A stretch of DNA of 64,000 bases from a virus (Duplodnaviria; Heunggongvirae; Uroviricota; Caudoviricetes): IMG/VR virus record IMGVR_UViG_3300042691_020576. One strand, written 5' to 3'. Positions 17,667 through 26,666 of this stretch are shown one piece after another (position 1 is the first letter of the stretch; the number at the start of each line of letters is the position of its first letter). The notes beneath the pieces are model-generated. The model had not been told where the DNA came from, searched no databases, and saw nothing but the letters and a program-made list of their open reading frames with translations. Made by a program: the position numbers and the translations under genes.

Positions 17667-17960
17667 TTATGGGTGAAGATCCATTGGTGCAACAATCCAG
17701 CTCTGGTCAGAATACATGAAGTGAACACCTCCTTCATATAGAAGATAATCTTCATATGATGTACAATCCTCATCATCCTGTTGAGCATAATATTCCTCTC
17801 TGGACATAGGATTGAACTTGGCTTCTTCTGTTCTCTGTTCAGCATATGCTCTAGCTGATTCTTCTGTAGCAAACACTTTCTCAACATAATGATGGTGTTC
17901 ATCGTGGTTTAGTCCATTGTCATAGATAACAAGGAACACTTTTGGTAAAGTTTCTGACAT
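17667..17960 (-). CDS. hypothetical acidic protein (97 aa)
   Basis: First gene of a leftward unit, downstream of a 400-bp noncoding gap. The overlapping 17609..17902 ORF in another frame is treated as a shadow. Confidence 0.45.
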   Translation of the reverse strand: MSETLPKVFLVIYDNGLNHDEHHHYVEKVFATEESARAYAEQRTEEAKFNPMSREEYYAQQDDEDCTSYEDYLLYEGGVHFMYSDQSWIVAPMDLHP

Positions 17961-18347
17961 ATAGATTGGTTTTTGAGTTTAGCAATAAATTGCCCTTCTG
18001 CAACTCAGTTGTAATAGTAGTATGATTTCATGTAGTCTCATGTAGAGTCCACTACAGCCTGAACTAAATCAGGATAACATCGACCTCAGTTGGGTTCTAT
18101 TACAACTGCTCTTCCTTAGGAGCTGATTAAATGATTAGTGTTTCTACTTCGCAATTAAGCACTCTTAAGTAACTAATCCGTTGACCTATTACTAGGTATC
18201 TGTATTCTGCTGCAGATTTATAATTAATCAGGTGGTTTCACATCTTACTCTCCATTTTACAGGAACATTACAGGTACGCTCTTCTGCGCTTTGATACCTT
18301 TTTTGTAAGAAGTCTTTATATCCACAAGAGTTATGGTGCATTAACAA

Positions 18348-18370
18348 AAAGAGCCCTTAATGGGCTCTTT
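18348..18370 (-). terminator. hairpin terminator overlapping the stop of 18357..18593
   Basis: Perfect palindrome AAAGAGCCC-ttaat-GGGCTCTTT, followed on the minus strand by TTTGTT. Confidence 0.45.
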
Positions 18371-18593
18371 GTTCTTGTAATTCCTCAAGAGCAGCATCAT
18401 ATGCCTTGAGATGCCTTTTGGCTATCCCAGCACGTGAATAAATGAGCTCTTCCATTGTATACACGCACATATATATCATCATGTGTCGTGAAGACATGTG
18501 GAATTCCTCATTAATAATCATTGTGAGCATATTTACAGGTCTTGGTGGTGTAGCTACAGCATTCACCAGTCCAATTTTTGGAATTGTTTGCAT
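18357..18593 (-). CDS. hypothetical small protein (78 aa)
   Basis: Minus ORF. Confidence 0.4.
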   Translation of the reverse strand: MQTIPKIGLVNAVATPPRPVNMLTMIINEEFHMSSRHMMIYMCVYTMEELIYSRAGIAKRHLKAYDAALEELQEQRAH

Positions 18594-18604
18594 AACTGAT
18601 TGAT

Positions 18605-18853
18605 TTAGAAGTTATAGTCATATAAATCAAATTCCAATTGCTGCTCACGCTCATAATTGCGTTGATCAGCTTCATCCTCCAGAGCTTGTCTGTTAGAGCT
18701 TGTGTCTACAACAGAGCCCATAGACTGATTCTCAAACCATGTTTCGTACAGTGTCACAACAAAACCACTGCTTGTTAACACTAATGCATATCTTTCCATA
18801 ACGTTGTTAGCGGCTGTATACAGCCATTTTATAGATTGGGATAATAAGGACAA
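18605..18853 (-). CDS. hypothetical small protein (82 aa)
   Basis: Minus ORF. Confidence 0.4.
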   Translation of the reverse strand: MSLLSQSIKWLYTAANNVMERYALVLTSSGFVVTLYETWFENQSMGSVVDTSSNRQALEDEADQRNYEREQQLEFDLYDYNF

Positions 18854-18870
18854 AAGAAAAAAGAACCCTG

Positions 18871-19113
18871 TTACAGGTTCTTATAATTAATACCATAGTT
18901 TAACAATGTTTCTCTATCCAAGGGAAAATTCTCCCAACACCATTGTCTAACACCATTCAATTCCTCCATAAAGGGAACTTTAAATAAATTAGTGTATAGA
19001 CTAATGACAATCACTCTATCTCCATTGTCTAACATTTCATCTAATACAGCACTAGGAAAACTATCTTCATGTAAATACCTAGTTTGCTTGGTTTTGTTAA
19101 TGATGATGTACAT
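18871..19113 (-). CDS. hypothetical small protein (80 aa)
   Basis: Minus ORF. Confidence 0.4.
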   Translation of the reverse strand: MYIIINKTKQTRYLHEDSFPSAVLDEMLDNGDRVIVISLYTNLFKVPFMEELNGVRQWCWENFPLDRETLLNYGINYKNL

Positions 19114-19394
19114 AAAGCTATATTTATTGCGTGTTATTTCTTGTTTGTTTGTGGCTCTTACAAAAGCCTTTTATATCCATGATGGTATCTACCACAACTC
19201 TCACTCTCACACAAATTTTCTCATAACTAATTGATTATCAATGACATTTGATAACAATGAGCTTTCCATGTATATTATTTTGTTTAACGACAACATCAAA
19301 AAACCCCGTAAAAAGTTATTTAACGTTAAACAAAATGTTTACTTTTTCAATAACCCACCCTGATGTCTTATGACCCACCCTATATATAAGAAGA

Positions 19395-19418
19395 AGAGAG
19401 CCCCCGAAGGAGCTCTCT
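19395..19418 (-). terminator. rho-independent-type hairpin downstream of 19426..19821
   Basis: AGAGAGC-ccccgaagga-GCTCTCT, followed on the minus strand by a T-rich tract. Confidence 0.45.
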
Positions 19419-19425
19419 TACAATC

Positions 19426-19821
19426 TTAGAACGCAACATCTTCCCAGCTGAGTTCTTCACTCTTAGCAAGGCTGTCAACAGCAAATGCTTCAAGTTGGTC
19501 ACCAGCAGGTTGCATCACGAAGTAGCGCTCACCATCTTCACTCTGGAACACGTTGAGCTTAGCAATGACACTTAACACATCACGCTGACTCTTGCCGCCT
19601 TCCAAAGCTTTGCGAATCACCTTACTAAGTGGCTCACTACAAGGCAGGATGAATTCTTTATCACCCTTCTTAGCAATCAGAGTGACACGCTTGTCACTAG
19701 CGAGATTCTTCTTAGTGAATCTCAAGGAATGACCCTTGAAGTTGCTAGCTACTGTTCCCATGTCTTCGAATGTGAAGTCACCAGTCCCCTGGTACTCGAC
19801 CTTTTTGTAATTTAACGCCAT
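19426..19821 (-). CDS. hypothetical protein (131 aa), first gene of the leftward block
   Basis: Minus ORF abutting the divergent regulatory region. Confidence 0.55.
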   Translation of the reverse strand: MALNYKKVEYQGTGDFTFEDMGTVASNFKGHSLRFTKKNLASDKRVTLIAKKGDKEFILPCSEPLSKVIRKALEGGKSQRDVLSVIAKLNVFQSEDGERYFVMQPAGDQLEAFAVDSLAKSEELSWEDVAF

Positions 19822-19956
19822 TTTGATTTTGATTTTAATGATTAATGATTGGGGAGGCTACCCCAACTCGCTAAATCATGCGTGGGGTTGCTGTTGGAAG
19901 TACCCTCCTCCCCCTTTCACACAAAAGATTTTGCCACAGGAATGTTCCACGTGAAA

Positions 19957-20009
19957 TGTCAGGGTGTAGCCTGACACAGGGGGGAGGTTTGTCAGGGAAT
20001 AGCCTGACA
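19957..20009. promoter_or_regulatory. two tandem 20-bp palindromic operator-like sites in the divergent intergenic region
   Basis: TGTCAGGGtgtaGCCTGACA (19957-19976) and TGTCAGGGaataGCCTGACA (19990-20009), 33 bp apart. Each is an inverted repeat GTCAGG-N6-CCTGAC. Confidence 0.45.
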
Positions 20010-20212
20010 GAGGGGAGTGTTTTATATAAGGTTGTTCACTATTGGGGGATTGTTATGGGAAAAATATTTGGATGGTGTTATGGAGGATCTTTAACTTTGG
20101 GGTGGTTGGGTGGGGATGGATAACAGATTGTTGTTCCTCCTGATAGAATGGAAAAAGTGCATAATATAGCAATTGGGTAAAATATTGTATTTGAATGTGT
20201 TATAATAAGGTC

Positions 20213-20220
20213 TATTTTTG
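20213..20220 (+). promoter_or_regulatory. TAnnTTTG (Bacteroidota sigma-A -7-like) motif upstream of the first rightward gene
   Basis: TATTTTTG 13 nt upstream of the ATG at 20233. Confidence 0.25.
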
Positions 20221-20232
20221 TAGGAATTACAT

Positions 20233-20577
20233 ATGAAGATTATATTACAGAAATTGAAAAAGGCAGAAGTGGACAACTATCTCTTAGCTGAGAGGTATTA
20301 CACTGTATTGTCTGCTGTAAATGATTTGAAGCTAACAAGGAGAGAGATTGAATTGGTGGCTTATACAGCTGTTAGAGGAAACATTTCATATGCCAACATT
20401 CGGAAAGATTTCTGTGAGAAGTACAAAACCACCAATCCGTCTATTAACAATCTCATCTCTAAGTTGAAGAGGATGGGAGTGTTGGTGAAGGATGCTTCTA
20501 AGATAAAGGTGAATCCACAAATCCTGTTAAACTTTGAACATGACATTACGCTTGAGCTCAGACTTGTTCACGGATAA
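20233..20577 (+). CDS. hypothetical protein (114 aa), possible HTH regulator
   Basis: First rightward gene. C-terminal SINNLISKLKRMGVLVK resembles a recognition helix. Weak. Confidence 0.4.
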   Translation: MKIILQKLKKAEVDNYLLAERYYTVLSAVNDLKLTRREIELVAYTAVRGNISYANIRKDFCEKYKTTNPSINNLISKLKRMGVLVKDASKIKVNPQILLNFEHDITLELRLVHG

Positions 20578-21013
20578 GCCCATAAATCTTTCTGTGAAGG
20601 ACTACCTGATCAGGAAGATGGCTGTCAAAATGATGGTGAGTGAGAAGACCATTGAGGCTGTTGTCAATCACCAGTTTCAAAGTGCAAATGAAGCGCTGGC
20701 TACAAGTAAGAGCTTGGAAATCAGTGGGTTTGGAAAGTTTTATTTCAACGAGAAGAAGGCACATAAGTTGCTGGAAAAGCTGGAAAGTATTAAAGCTCTG
20801 TTTGAAAAGAAGCTGCAAGATCCAAATTTGACAGGTGCCAGAAGGTATATGGCAGAGTTCAAGCTTAAACTGGCAGCAGACGCAATTGTTGATTTAAAAC
20901 CAAGATTATATGATTTCTCAGATTTACGAGGGTTGGAGGAACAATCTTCTTCCACCGAAGGAACTGAAGGAGCTGATCAAGAAAACCAGCAAGGAGAGGC
21001 TAGCAATTTGTGA
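20534..21013 (+). CDS. HU/IHF-like (bacterial histone-like fold) protein
   Basis: SVKDYLIRKMAVKMMVSEKTIEAVVNHQFQSANEALATSKSLEISGFGKFYFNEK aligns with the HU pattern KxELIxxxAxxxxLSKKxxxxAVDxxxxxIxxALxxGxxIxLxGFGxFxV. The canonical RxGRNPxTG beta-arm is not evident. The C-terminus is acidic. Confidence 0.45.
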   Translation: MNMTLRLSSDLFTDKPINLSVKDYLIRKMAVKMMVSEKTIEAVVNHQFQSANEALATSKSLEISGFGKFYFNEKKAHKLLEKLESIKALFEKKLQDPNLTGARRYMAEFKLKLAADAIVDLKPRLYDFSDLRGLEEQSSSTEGTEGADQENQQGEASNL

Positions 21014-21200
21014 GGCTTGTGAACACCACTCCAAGAATAAAGAGAATTACAAAACCTTGAGGGTGGACGATCATTGTACAAATTGTGGATGTACGCTCTC
21101 AGCTAAAACAAAATGTCTTTCTTGTGCTTGTCCATTGAATAAATGGTTACATTTGGTGACACCAGATGAGGAAGACGAAATAAAAGGAAATGGAAAATAA
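20910..21200 (+). CDS. small Cys-rich zinc-ribbon-like protein (96 aa)
   Basis: CEACEHH...CTNCGC...CLSCAC. Overlaps the 3' end of the HU-like ORF by about 100 nt in another frame; the start is uncertain. Confidence 0.35.
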   Translation: MISQIYEGWRNNLLPPKELKELIKKTSKERLAICEACEHHSKNKENYKTLRVDDHCTNCGCTLSAKTKCLSCACPLNKWLHLVTPDEEDEIKGNGK

Positions 21201-21459
21201 CATCACATTAAAGAAAATCCCAGTGTGGGCGCTGATAGAAATTCTGACAGCTGCCTGGGATAGAGGTGCCAATTATGTGGACATTGTGGGGATTCCCAAT
21301 GAAAACCAGGACACCATTAGAGTGGTGATCAATCCAGAATACTTTGAGCACGAAGGTGCAAAATTGATGAGGATTACAGGACAAGAAGTGGATGACGAAG
21401 ATGTTTCTGACAGTCAGAAAGAACAGTCAGATGAGGATAAATTCATGGATTTAATTTAG
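21190..21459 (+). CDS. hypothetical acidic protein (89 aa)
   Basis: Plus ORF. Confidence 0.4.
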   Translation: MENNITLKKIPVWALIEILTAAWDRGANYVDIVGIPNENQDTIRVVINPEYFEHEGAKLMRITGQEVDDEDVSDSQKEQSDEDKFMDLI

Positions 21460-21463
21460 GGGA

Positions 21464-21736
21464 ATGAGTAATTACAATAAGGTCATACAGATTCTGCAAG
21501 ATTTGCACACAGCCTATCCAAATTACAATATGGGAAGGCACTTAGCAACAGCCCTCGATGGATATGGTGATATATGGGGATTGACAGACAAAGAGCTGCT
21601 ATTTGCTTTAGAAAAATACAAGGCCCAGCTAGAAATGGATATTCCTCATACAGATGATGAGGAGATTAAGAAAATCATCAAAGAGGGCATGGACCTAAGC
21701 AACATTTTAAAAGAGGAAGATGGCGAAGACTACTAA
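21464..21736 (+). CDS. hypothetical protein (90 aa)
   Basis: Plus ORF. Confidence 0.4.
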   Translation: MSNYNKVIQILQDLHTAYPNYNMGRHLATALDGYGDIWGLTDKELLFALEKYKAQLEMDIPHTDDEEIKKIIKEGMDLSNILKEEDGEDY

Positions 21737-22031
21737 AACTACATACATAAATGCTGAGCTTGACTGGGCTGAACAGCAATTAGCGTCCTGGAAGGCTTAT
21801 GTGGATGCAAATCCCTTGCATGAGCTGACGGACAGAATTGAATGGAAGCCTACAGCCAAGGGTGGATTGATGCCTATGGTGATTGCGTCTATTGAAGCAC
21901 AGGGTAAGTTCATTCAAGAAACGATGAAAAACTACCTAGCCTTACTAGAAGTGGTGGAAAAACTTCGTGAAAAAGAAGAAGCTAAGAAAGAAGCAAGAGG
22001 ATCTGGCGAGGTTCCTGCTAGAATGATGTGA
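21720..22031 (+). CDS. hypothetical protein; possible small terminase subunit by position
   Basis: 103-aa helical/charged protein immediately upstream of the large terminase. The call rests on position only. Confidence 0.3.
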   Translation: MAKTTKTTYINAELDWAEQQLASWKAYVDANPLHELTDRIEWKPTAKGGLMPMVIASIEAQGKFIQETMKNYLALLEVVEKLREKEEAKKEARGSGEVPARMM

Positions 22032-22032
22032 T

Positions 22033-24063
22033 ATGGAAATTAAATCTTCAGAGTTCTTTAGAAATATGAAAACTCTTCCACCTCCTGGTACGGAAGAGTT
22101 TCGTCAATTAATAAAGTGGGAAGAAGAGAAGATTTTGGGTGGTGTCACTATCAACGGTGTGTACATTTCAGGATGGTTATATTGGCATCTCAATCACTGG
22201 TGGATTAGAATTGATGATGTGGATGATTATGGAAACGATGTTCGTAGAGAACTTCTTCCAGAACTCCGTGATAATGAATGGATTAGAGCAGAAGCACTTG
22301 AAGCTGCAAAAACTAAGAGACAGGGATATATAGAAGTGGGTGGACGACAGGGTGGTAAATCTGAAATGGAAGCTTCTTATTTTGGAATGAATGCCACAAT
22401 GTTTGAAAACACACAGAATGTAATTGTCTGTGGTAATGATAATGACTTGTCCTTGTTGAAGGATAAAGTGGACTTTGGTTTGAGAAAGTTGTGGAAAGGC
22501 TTAGCCATTCCAAGACTGGACAAAACCTGGAGGTCCAACCAGGTGAGACTTGGTTATAAAACCCCTGATGGAGATGATCGAATTTGGAGTTACATCATTA
22601 TTCGTAACGCTAAGGATGGTCACAACACGGAAGTTGCTGCAGGTACCACCGCAAAGTCTTTCATCATGGATGAGGTTGGTAAGTATGCTTTTTCAGCTGC
22701 ATTCAAAGCTGCCGAACCTGCATTTAAGGGTAAGAATGGCTGGAGAGCTGTTCCTATTCTTGTTGGTACAGGTGGATCTTTTGATAATGGAAAGGATGCT
22801 GAGAACTTTTTCTATAATCCTGATGCAAACAACTTCCTAGGGTTTGAACAGGAAGATGGTAGCAAAACAGGTTTATTTCTGTCTGGCTTGTATAGACAAG
22901 ACTGTAAATACAAAACTACGTTAGCTGACTACCTGGTCAACGTTAGAGGAATGAAGATTGATGATGTTTCAGAACTGTCTAAGGTTGAGATGTATGTTTC
23001 AGACAAGGACAAGGCTCTGGAAAAAATCTATCAAGAGAGAGAATCGGCTAAGAAAAACCCTGATAGAACACTCTACCTGAAACAGGTGATGTACTATCCC
23101 ATCACAGTGGATGAATGTTTTCTGTCTGCAAGTGAGAACATCTTTGATATTGAAGGTGCCAAGAGACAGAAACAAAGACTCCTTAATCAGGGAAGAACAG
23201 GTACGCCTGTTATATTGTTTCATGATGGAGAGAAGATTAATCACGAGTTTACAGACAAACTTCCCATCTCAAACTTCCCCCTGAAAACTGATGATTCCAA
23301 AGATGCTCCTGTAGTGATATATGAGTTTCCCATGGAAAATCCTCCATATGGATTATATGTGGCTGGAGTCGATCCATACAGACAAGGACAAGCTGCTTAC
23401 AGTTCATCCTTAGGATCAGTGTACATTTATAAACGAATGCACGACATCACTGGTGAGAAATATCAAGATATGTTCGTAGCTTCGTATTGTGCAAGACCTG
23501 ATAAGAAGGAAACTTGGGAAGAACAAGCTAGACTGCTTATTAAGTATTATAATGCACGAACGCTCTGTGAAAATGATGATATTTCCTTTATTGAGTATAT
23601 GAAAGCTAAGGGGGATGCTCATTATTTAGAGAAACAACCTGAATGGCTGAAAGAGGTGGTACCAGGAACTACAGTGAAACGTGATTATGGTGTGCACCGT
23701 TCAGCTGAAAAGATTAGGGACTTTCTCCACACATGCTTGAAGAAGTATATGGAGCAAGTGATATACATAGAGAAAGATGAGCAAGGAAATGTCATCAAAG
23801 AAGTAACTGGTGTGTCAAAGATATTTGATCCTGTTCTGTTGGAAGAAATCGTCCAATACAATGAGACTGGTAACTTTGACCGTGTTGTGGCAGCAGAACT
23901 TGCAATTGCTCAAGCTATGAAAATGGATCCCATCCATGGTAAAATCAATGGTAGTGCTGATCCAAGAATAGCTGCAATATTCAAACCCAACAAGAACAAC
24001 CAACTCTTCACTGAGTCAAGAGGATTATTTAACAAAAGGAAACCGAATAAACTGTTTTCATAA
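22033..24063 (+). CDS. terL: terminase large subunit
   Basis: Walker A VGGRQGGKSE (the RQxGK[ST] form typical of T4-like TerL). Walker B SFIMDEVGK. C-terminal nuclease-like VAGVDPYRQGQ. Confidence 0.8.
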   Translation: MEIKSSEFFRNMKTLPPPGTEEFRQLIKWEEEKILGGVTINGVYISGWLYWHLNHWWIRIDDVDDYGNDVRRELLPELRDNEWIRAEALEAAKTKRQGYIEVGGRQGGKSEMEASYFGMNATMFENTQNVIVCGNDNDLSLLKDKVDFGLRKLWKGLAIPRLDKTWRSNQVRLGYKTPDGDDRIWSYIIIRNAKDGHNTEVAAGTTAKSFIMDEVGKYAFSAAFKAAEPAFKGKNGWRAVPILVGTGGSFDNGKDAENFFYNPDANNFLGFEQEDGSKTGLFLSGLYRQDCKYKTTLADYLVNVRGMKIDDVSELSKVEMYVSDKDKALEKIYQERESAKKNPDRTLYLKQVMYYPITVDECFLSASENIFDIEGAKRQKQRLLNQGRTGTPVILFHDGEKINHEFTDKLPISNFPLKTDDSKDAPVVIYEFPMENPPYGLYVAGVDPYRQGQAAYSSSLGSVYIYKRMHDITGEKYQDMFVASYCARPDKKETWEEQARLLIKYYNARTLCENDDISFIEYMKAKGDAHYLEKQPEWLKEVVPGTTVKRDYGVHRSAEKIRDFLHTCLKKYMEQVIYIEKDEQGNVIKEVTGVSKIFDPVLLEEIVQYNETGNFDRVVAAELAIAQAMKMDPIHGKINGSADPRIAAIFKPNKNNQLFTESRGLFNKRKPNKLFS

Positions 24064-26666
24064 TGGCTATTATTAGATATACGAAAGATGCTACCATTAG
24101 GTATGCCTATCTCAACATATTTCCTGACCAGTTCAAAACTGAAAAAGAAAAACAGGACGAGAGCTGGATGAAAAATACCATGGACTACTTTGCAAACAAG
24201 GCTTATGCTGAGTTTGTAAAGAATCGTGATACGTTTGTAAAGAACTACGATCTCATGAAAGGTATCCTGAGGATGGAAGATTTCTATCAGGAACCAGAGG
24301 TGAGAAGCTTTACAGATGTCCTCACGGCAGATTTACAGCTTCCATCATACGTGAAGATGTATTCCATCATGACCACACCAGTGAACAATCTGGTGGGTGA
24401 AATCACTAAGCGCCCTGATACATTCAGAGTGAAAGCGTTTGATGATGATAGTAAAGCTGAAGAGTTACAGTTCAAAACTGAGATTCTTCAGGAATACGTG
24501 CTTAGTAAAGCAAAGCAAGAGATTTTGCAGAAAGCAGCTATGCAGGGTGTGGAAATTGATGAAGAAGAGCTGAACCAGATGAGTTTTGATCAAGTGAAAG
24601 AAAGTCTGGACAGTTACACATCAGTGGCTGAGAAATGGGCTAACCATGTTCTCACCTGTCAGAAAGCTGAGTTCAATCTGAAGGAAAAATCTGAAGATGC
24701 CTTCAGAGACCTGCTGATTTCAGCAAGAGAATTCTATCACATATATGAAGATAACTCTAAGCTCGGTTTTAATGTCGAAGTGGCTAACCCTAAGAACACT
24801 TGGTTTCTTACAACTCCTGATAGAAAGTGGATCAGTGATCCTACAGGTAGAGCTCAGGGTGCTTATGCCGCTGGTACAGTGCAAGTTATGGAGCTTTCAG
24901 AAATCATTGAGAGCATTCCTGATTTAACCAAAGAAGAGATTGACCATCTCAGAAGTTCTCTCCAAGACTATGGACTTATTAACGTCCGTGAATCAAATTT
25001 AGGTAACCCTAACGTTAGTCCTGGTATTGACTCAGTGCAATACGACACATTTGATCCACTGGTCCTTCAAACTCGTATGATTATCGAAAGTGAAATGAAG
25101 GAGAATAACGATGGTCTCAAAGATTTCTTGGGCCTTACATCCAATGTTTCTTCTTTTGGTTACAAGTATGTAGTGGTGAGAGCTTATTGGATTAGTAAGA
25201 GAAAGATCGGTAAGCTCATCTATCTGGATGAACTGGGTAATGAGCAATCTGTACTGGTTGATGAGAACTACAAGTCAGGCACTATTCCTACACAACAGTC
25301 GCTGGAATGGGGCTGGATTAACGAATGGTACCAAGGTATTAAGATTGGTCCAGACATCTATCACGTGAAACCTTACAAGCTTCTGAACTACTGTCCTATT
25401 ATTGGTACTACGTTTGAAGTGAAAAACACTGAAGCCAAGAGTCTGGTAGACTTGATGAAACCTTTCCAAGTGCTGTATAATGTGTGTATGAACCAGTTGT
25501 ACAAACTGTTAGAGAAGGAAGTTGGTAAGGTGTATTTAACATCCATTAGACACATTCCTGTTCCTAAGGATGGTGATGCGCAGGATGCATTGGATATTTG
25601 GGAAATGGAAGCACGTAATCGTGGTGTTGTGTTTATTGATGACAGTCCTGAAAACTTGAAGAGTCCTTCAAGCTTCAACCAGTTTAGAGACATTGACCTT
25701 ACACGTACGCAGGAAATTCAATCTCGTTACACGCTGGCCCAGCAATTGAAGAATGAATGTTGGGAATTGATTGGTATTACAAGACAGAGATTGGGCTCTG
25801 TTCAGGCTAGTGAGTCTGCAACAGGTACAAACATGGCTGTTCAACAATCGTATGCGCAGACAGAACCACTATTTGTTGCACACGAATATGTACTTGGTCA
25901 ACTCTATCAAGCGATTATTGATGCTGCGCTCTACGTAGAATCAAAGAAACCACAATCCACCCTGAGCTACATTACATCAGAAGGAGAATCTGCTTTTGTG
26001 TCTGTGAATGGTTCAGACCTAAAATTCCGTGACCTGAAAGTATTCTTGACAAATCGTCCTGAGGATACACAGATGTTCAACGAGTTACGTCAGTTGGCAC
26101 AACCGTTGATGCAGAATGGTGGTAGTTTGTACGATGTGATTGAACTGTATAGCACTAAGTCTATGAGAGAGATGAAGAAAGTGTTCAAAGATTTGAGAGA
26201 TAGACAGTTCCAGCAGCAAGATCAACAACAACAGATTCAGCAACAGCAGCTTGAGCAACAACAGCAAATTGCTGCTGCTCAACTTGAGCAGGCTCAATTA
26301 CAGCATGAGCAAGAGATGGCCAACCAGAACTACCAGAACGAAATGGATAGACTCAACAAGAAAGAGATTGCACTCATCAACGCTGAGTCTAAAACCATGG
26401 GTGCAGGTCTGCCTGATGCAGATGCATCTGGTGTTCCTGATGTATTGGAAATCAATAAGATAGCTGCAGAGCAAACGAAGCTCACAAAAGATTATGAGCT
26501 CAGAATGGCTGACATCAATTCTAAGATGATCCAGAACTCACAGAAGCTGGATATTGAAAGAGAAAAATTGAAAGTGGCTAGAGAGAATCAGAAGAATGAT
26601 TTGGAGATTGCAAAGTTGAATGCTAAGAACAGGAAGCAGCAGCAAGCTAAAAAACCCACTAAGTAA
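24063..26666 (+). CDS. portal protein (867 aa) with Q-rich coiled-coil C-terminus
   Basis: Immediately follows TerL with an ATGA-type overlap. The size fits crAss-like portals. C-terminal QQQDQQQQIQQQQLEQQQQIAAAQLEQAQLQ resembles a portal barrel. Confidence 0.55.
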   Translation: MAIIRYTKDATIRYAYLNIFPDQFKTEKEKQDESWMKNTMDYFANKAYAEFVKNRDTFVKNYDLMKGILRMEDFYQEPEVRSFTDVLTADLQLPSYVKMYSIMTTPVNNLVGEITKRPDTFRVKAFDDDSKAEELQFKTEILQEYVLSKAKQEILQKAAMQGVEIDEEELNQMSFDQVKESLDSYTSVAEKWANHVLTCQKAEFNLKEKSEDAFRDLLISAREFYHIYEDNSKLGFNVEVANPKNTWFLTTPDRKWISDPTGRAQGAYAAGTVQVMELSEIIESIPDLTKEEIDHLRSSLQDYGLINVRESNLGNPNVSPGIDSVQYDTFDPLVLQTRMIIESEMKENNDGLKDFLGLTSNVSSFGYKYVVVRAYWISKRKIGKLIYLDELGNEQSVLVDENYKSGTIPTQQSLEWGWINEWYQGIKIGPDIYHVKPYKLLNYCPIIGTTFEVKNTEAKSLVDLMKPFQVLYNVCMNQLYKLLEKEVGKVYLTSIRHIPVPKDGDAQDALDIWEMEARNRGVVFIDDSPENLKSPSSFNQFRDIDLTRTQEIQSRYTLAQQLKNECWELIGITRQRLGSVQASESATGTNMAVQQSYAQTEPLFVAHEYVLGQLYQAIIDAALYVESKKPQSTLSYITSEGESAFVSVNGSDLKFRDLKVFLTNRPEDTQMFNELRQLAQPLMQNGGSLYDVIELYSTKSMREMKKVFKDLRDRQFQQQDQQQQIQQQQLEQQQQIAAAQLEQAQLQHEQEMANQNYQNEMDRLNKKEIALINAESKTMGAGLPDADASGVPDVLEINKIAAEQTKLTKDYELRMADINSKMIQNSQKLDIEREKLKVARENQKNDLEIAKLNAKNRKQQQAKKPTK

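Noticed and set aside
17609-17902. ORF 17609..17902
   Set aside because: Overlaps 17667..17960 almost entirely in another frame. The latter has the better start context and composition.
19957-20009. Possible CRISPR-like repeat
   Set aside because: Only two copies. Each is an internal palindrome with a 13-bp gap. No array architecture. Read as operator sites instead.
19878-20123. Gly-rich ORF 19878..20123
   Set aside because: It is the translation of the G-tract and of the palindromic operator repeats in the divergent intergenic region, not a gene.
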